From assembly GCA_965249575.1 (NCBI GenBank), contig OZ252244.1, positions 1,920,001 through 1,984,000 on the forward strand: a stretch of 64,000 bases of DNA, written 5' to 3'. The notes under the pieces were generated by a model. It ran no database searches. It saw only the letters and a program-made list of their open reading frames with translations, and had not been told where the DNA came from. A program made the translations under genes and the position numbers. This document shows positions 60,947 through 64,000 of this stretch, piece after piece. Source of the stretch: Gemmatimonadales bacterium. GTDB lineage: Bacteria > Gemmatimonadota > Gemmatimonadetes > Gemmatimonadales > GWC2-71-9. Each line of letters opens with the position of its first letter. The first letter of the stretch is position 1.

Positions 60947-62072
60947 TTGGATAACCGAACGGCTGGCCGGATTCGGGTCACCTATGTCCTGAAATGCGCG
61001 GCTGGGGAAGATCCTCTTGCCAAGGCCAGGGACATCGCGTTCGAACAAACCGTCGAGCTCCCACCGGAGTGCGTCGAATCCGATATCGTCGACCGAGTCG
61101 TTGGCCGGGTGGAGGAGATCGAGCCGGTCGGCGGCCGTCGGTGGCGTGCCACGCTCACGTATTCAGCCGACGCCGTGGGACGGGACGTTCTCCAGCTATT
61201 CAACCTTTTGTTCGGGAACATCTCACTCAAGAATGGCGTCCTGGTTACGCGGCTCGAGCTCCCGCCATCCGTGCTGCGATACTTTCTTGGGCCCCGACAC
61301 GGGGTCGAGGGCCTCCGCTCGCTTTGCGCGGTGTCGTCCCGTCGACCGCTTTCCTGTGTCGCGGTCAAGCCGCTGGGATCCTCGGCGGCAGAACTGGCCG
61401 ACCGGTGCGGCGGGTTAGCTCTTGCCGGGATCGACATCGTCAAAGACGATCATGGAATCGCCGACCAACCGCCTGCCCCCTTTTGAGGAGCGTGTATCTC
61501 GCTGCCAGGAAGCGGTTTCGACCGCGAACGACCGTACGGGCGGCGCGACCCTGTATCTCCCCAACATCACGGGCGCTACCGAACTGCTCGAGCGGGCGGA
61601 GTTCGTTCGGTCGCTCGGGTGTAAAGGGGTCCTCGTCAGTCCGCTCTTGGTTGGCTTGGAAGCCGTTCGCCGGCTATCCGAACGATCCGGGTTGGCGATC
61701 ATGGCCCACCCATCGGTTGCCGGTGCGTTCTTTCGCCCGGACCACGGAGTCGCTCCGGAAGTGCTCCTCGGACGGCTCTTTCGGATGGTCGGAAGCGACG
61801 CGGTGATTTTCCCGAATTCCCGCGGCAGATTCCCTTTCTCCCAGCGCACGTGTAGGGCGATCAGCCAGCGTCTCTTGGAGCCCCTCGGATCCATGCGTCC
61901 CGCCTTTCCCGTTCCGGGTGGAGGGATGGAGGTTGATTCTCTCCCACGCTGGATGAGGCTGTACGGTACTGACGCGATCTTCCTCATTGGGAGCAGTCTG
62001 TATTCAGCCCCCGATCTGGAGCGCGCGGCTCGTGGATTCGCGGGACAAATTCGGCGGTTCGACCACCAGTAG
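60947..62072 (+). CDS. Form IV RuBisCO-like protein (KDDH type), frameshifted at about 61483
   Basis: EQTVELP, LFGN.SL, KPLG, KDDHG.ADQ, AHP, G.DAVIFPN.GRF, PVPGGGM and LIG; an extra T in CCCTTTTGAG. Confidence 0.9.
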
Positions 62073-62169
62073 GAGCAGGGTCCGCGAAGAACCTCGGGTG
62101 GGGACTGCCTGTTACGAAGTACAGGAGGGGAATCGGATCGACACATCCCTGCTCGAGGAGCGAGGCGCA

Positions 62170-63045
62170 GTGGCACCTGCACGCCGGACCCGAATTGCCC
62201 AGCACTGGTTGCTCTTAGCGGCGACACTGATATTGCTCTGCGGCTCGGTGAACGCGCAAGAAAGGCGGGTGGGGTTGAGAGGCGTCGTAGTGGATTCGGT
62301 CAGCGGAGATCCAGTTGCCGGGGCAACTCTGTCGCTCAACGGTCGGCCGGCCTTGACCGAAACCCGGCGCGATGGATCGTTCGTTTTCACCGCTGTCTCC
62401 GCCCCCGGCGAGCGAATCAGCGTCAGGAAAATCGGTTACGAGCCCATGGAGGCCCCGGTGCAAGCGCCGTCGAGGGATGGTTGGATCGACGTCGGGACGA
62501 TCCACATCTCGCCGATCTCCGCCGCGCTGCCGGCTGTGGTAATCAGAGGTGGAACGCGCGTGCGAGGCGAGATGGCGGGGTTCACCGGGCGTGCCGAAAG
62601 GGGTATTGGGACGTTCTTGTCGAGGGGCGACATCGAGAGGCATCGTTTTCGCCGGAGCTCCGAGATCCTCCGCACGATCCCAGGGCTGATCGTCGAATGC
62701 CGCACGGGGCAGTGTCTCGTGGGGTTCAGCCGAAACCGGCGGCCGGGCGTGCTGGACGGAACCCGCACCCGGTTCGAGACCGACGGGGGGCAGGGCTTGG
62801 GTGGGGATGCCCCGAACGAAGCGTTGTCCAGGGTGCCCAGCGGATCTGCCCCGGGGCGGATCTGCCCGGTTGCGTACTACGTGGACGGCATGCGATTCGA
62901 GGGAAACCTCGGAATTGACGAGTTTCCCCCGGAGGAGATCGAGGCGATCGAGCTGCACAAAGGGCCGGCGACCACGCCAATGAGATTTCGGTCACGCGGC
63001 TCCACGTGTGGCACAATTGTGATCTGGACACGCGCTCCGAACTGA
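62170..63045 (+). CDS. Exported carboxypeptidase-regulatory-like + TonB plug domain protein (no barrel)
   Basis: GVVVDS..G.PV.GA, RKIGY, G.F.SR.DI, C...YYVDG and IEAIE..KGP....CG.IVIWT. Confidence 0.8.
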   Translation: MAPARRTRIAQHWLLLAATLILLCGSVNAQERRVGLRGVVVDSVSGDPVAGATLSLNGRPALTETRRDGSFVFTAVSAPGERISVRKIGYEPMEAPVQAPSRDGWIDVGTIHISPISAALPAVVIRGGTRVRGEMAGFTGRAERGIGTFLSRGDIERHRFRRSSEILRTIPGLIVECRTGQCLVGFSRNRRPGVLDGTRTRFETDGGQGLGGDAPNEALSRVPSGSAPGRICPVAYYVDGMRFEGNLGIDEFPPEEIEAIELHKGPATTPMRFRSRGSTCGTIVIWTRAPN

Positions 63046-63348
63046 AACCGGGCGGCGACAGCCCCCGGGGCCGGTGGGGTGGGCGGTCGAAATCGGGCTG
63101 GCGCTGCCAGGTACGCTGTAGTAGATGTTAGGACACGGGCGGAATCGGCTCGAAGCAGCCCGGCTGAATCAGGCCGACACCGTCCCGAAACGCGCGCAAC
63201 ACACGAGCCCCTGTGACGAGCGTTACAGCACCGGGTAAAGTTATATCACATCTTTGCCGACCTTTAGTGCGGCGCCTCTATGGATGGGCGCCGGTCGCGA
63301 GCACCCGGTCGTTCCGGTTCGCGAACCGGCTTCTACGGGCCGCGGGCC

Positions 63349-63702
63349 ATGGATCCCGGTAGGAAGTTTCGAGCGTGCCGGTTCTGTGGGTTCTGGCAGG
63401 AGGTGGGAAAGAAGCCAGTGCGCTTCCGGCCCGTTGCCCACGACTGCGAGGAGTGGCCTCAGTGCGCAAAGGCGCCCTATATCTGGTGGGTCGAGCCGAA
63501 CGAGAAGTGGTTCAACTGCGTGTACTGTGGGAAGCGGGCACCGGTTGAGGGGTCGAATCCTTTCGCGAAGGGTGTTTTGGTAAGGGCCCCGTCCGACGAT
63601 CAGGATCATCCGTGGTGGCGTGTCCCGCAGAACCGACCTTACCAATTCTACTATCGATTCTGGGAAAACTGGCCGGCTACGAAAGGTCGGGCCTACCTCT
63701 AA
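63349..63702 (+). CDS. Cys/Trp-rich hypothetical protein, putative Zn-binding
   Basis: CRFC, HDC.....C and CVYC; protein-like aromatic composition unlike the shadow ORFs. Confidence 0.65.
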   Translation: MDPGRKFRACRFCGFWQEVGKKPVRFRPVAHDCEEWPQCAKAPYIWWVEPNEKWFNCVYCGKRAPVEGSNPFAKGVLVRAPSDDQDHPWWRVPQNRPYQFYYRFWENWPATKGRAYL

Positions 63703-63795
63703 AAGGCGCCGTCGCGGTTCGTCTGAGGTATTCGGCTCTCCCCCCTTCAAGCGGCACTCCGGTGCTCCCTCGCTGCTCAGTCATTCCACGCGCAA

Positions 63796-64000
63796 TCACA
63801 GGATTTCGCGTAGCATCACGGTCATCGCTCCCGCAGTGGAGACCGTGAGGACCGACGCTCGTGTGTATCCCTTGTCGAGCAATGGGGCCACCTTTCCGGA
63901 CACCGCGAACCCCAGGAGCATTCCGGGGAGGAGTATCAGCCCCCACTGAAGCTCCACGCGTCCGAACAGCCCGGCACTGCGGAGTGCGGTGAGAGACATC
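63796..64000 (-). CDS. TauE/SafE family sulfite exporter-like permease (3' end only)
   Basis: LLPG.LLGF...G.....D....R..VL..S...A C-terminal pattern. Confidence 0.55.
   Translation of the reverse strand, partial: MSLTALRSAGLFGRVELQWGLILLPGMLLGFAVSGKVAPLLDKGYTRASVLTVSTAGAMTVMLREIL

Noticed and set aside
60947..62072. CO2-fixing RuBisCO
   Set aside because: KDDH rather than KDDE, about 375 aa, and no cbb or prk genes
63046..63240. Structured ncRNA in the long GC-rich intergenic region
   Set aside because: Only short generic hairpins; no family motif recognised

Overview
GC-rich bacterial chromosome segment, most consistent with Gemmatimonadota (inferred from the yidC-mnmE and mutS-SPOR-holA-antisigma-sigma gene order, the paralogous Ser/Thr kinase-TPR genes and the plug-only TonB-type protein). 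Bases 1-22.7 kb are mostly core: yidC, mnmE, a long translationally coupled holA-SPOR-mutS-tonB-CBS-queD-ddl run, an ECF sigma/anti-sigma pair, a heme operon (hemD, chdC-Rieske fusion, hemE, short hemY), a TonB-dependent receptor and tRNA-Phe. Bases 22.7-64 kb are an accessory patchwork with no integrase, transposase or CRISPR visible. The strongest candidates for undescribed systems are: (1) a ~1150-aa fusion of a Mo/W-bisPGD oxidoreductase with an IscS/NifS cysteine desulfurase, near other sulfur-related genes; (2) a five-gene ECF sigma module with a CBM48 (glycogen-binding) anti-sigma, beta-barrel partners and twin divergent GTGAC-N16-GGGTATYC promoter motifs; (3) a coproheme decarboxylase-Rieske ferredoxin fusion; (4) an orphan reductive dehalogenase-like gene with no TAT signal; (5) dispersed 7-bp-periodic, often inverted, intergenic repeat arrays. 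Many genes carry single-base indels, probably long-read errors. Several also carry larger deletions or an amber stop, which look like real decay. All product calls come from motif recognition; no database searches were run.
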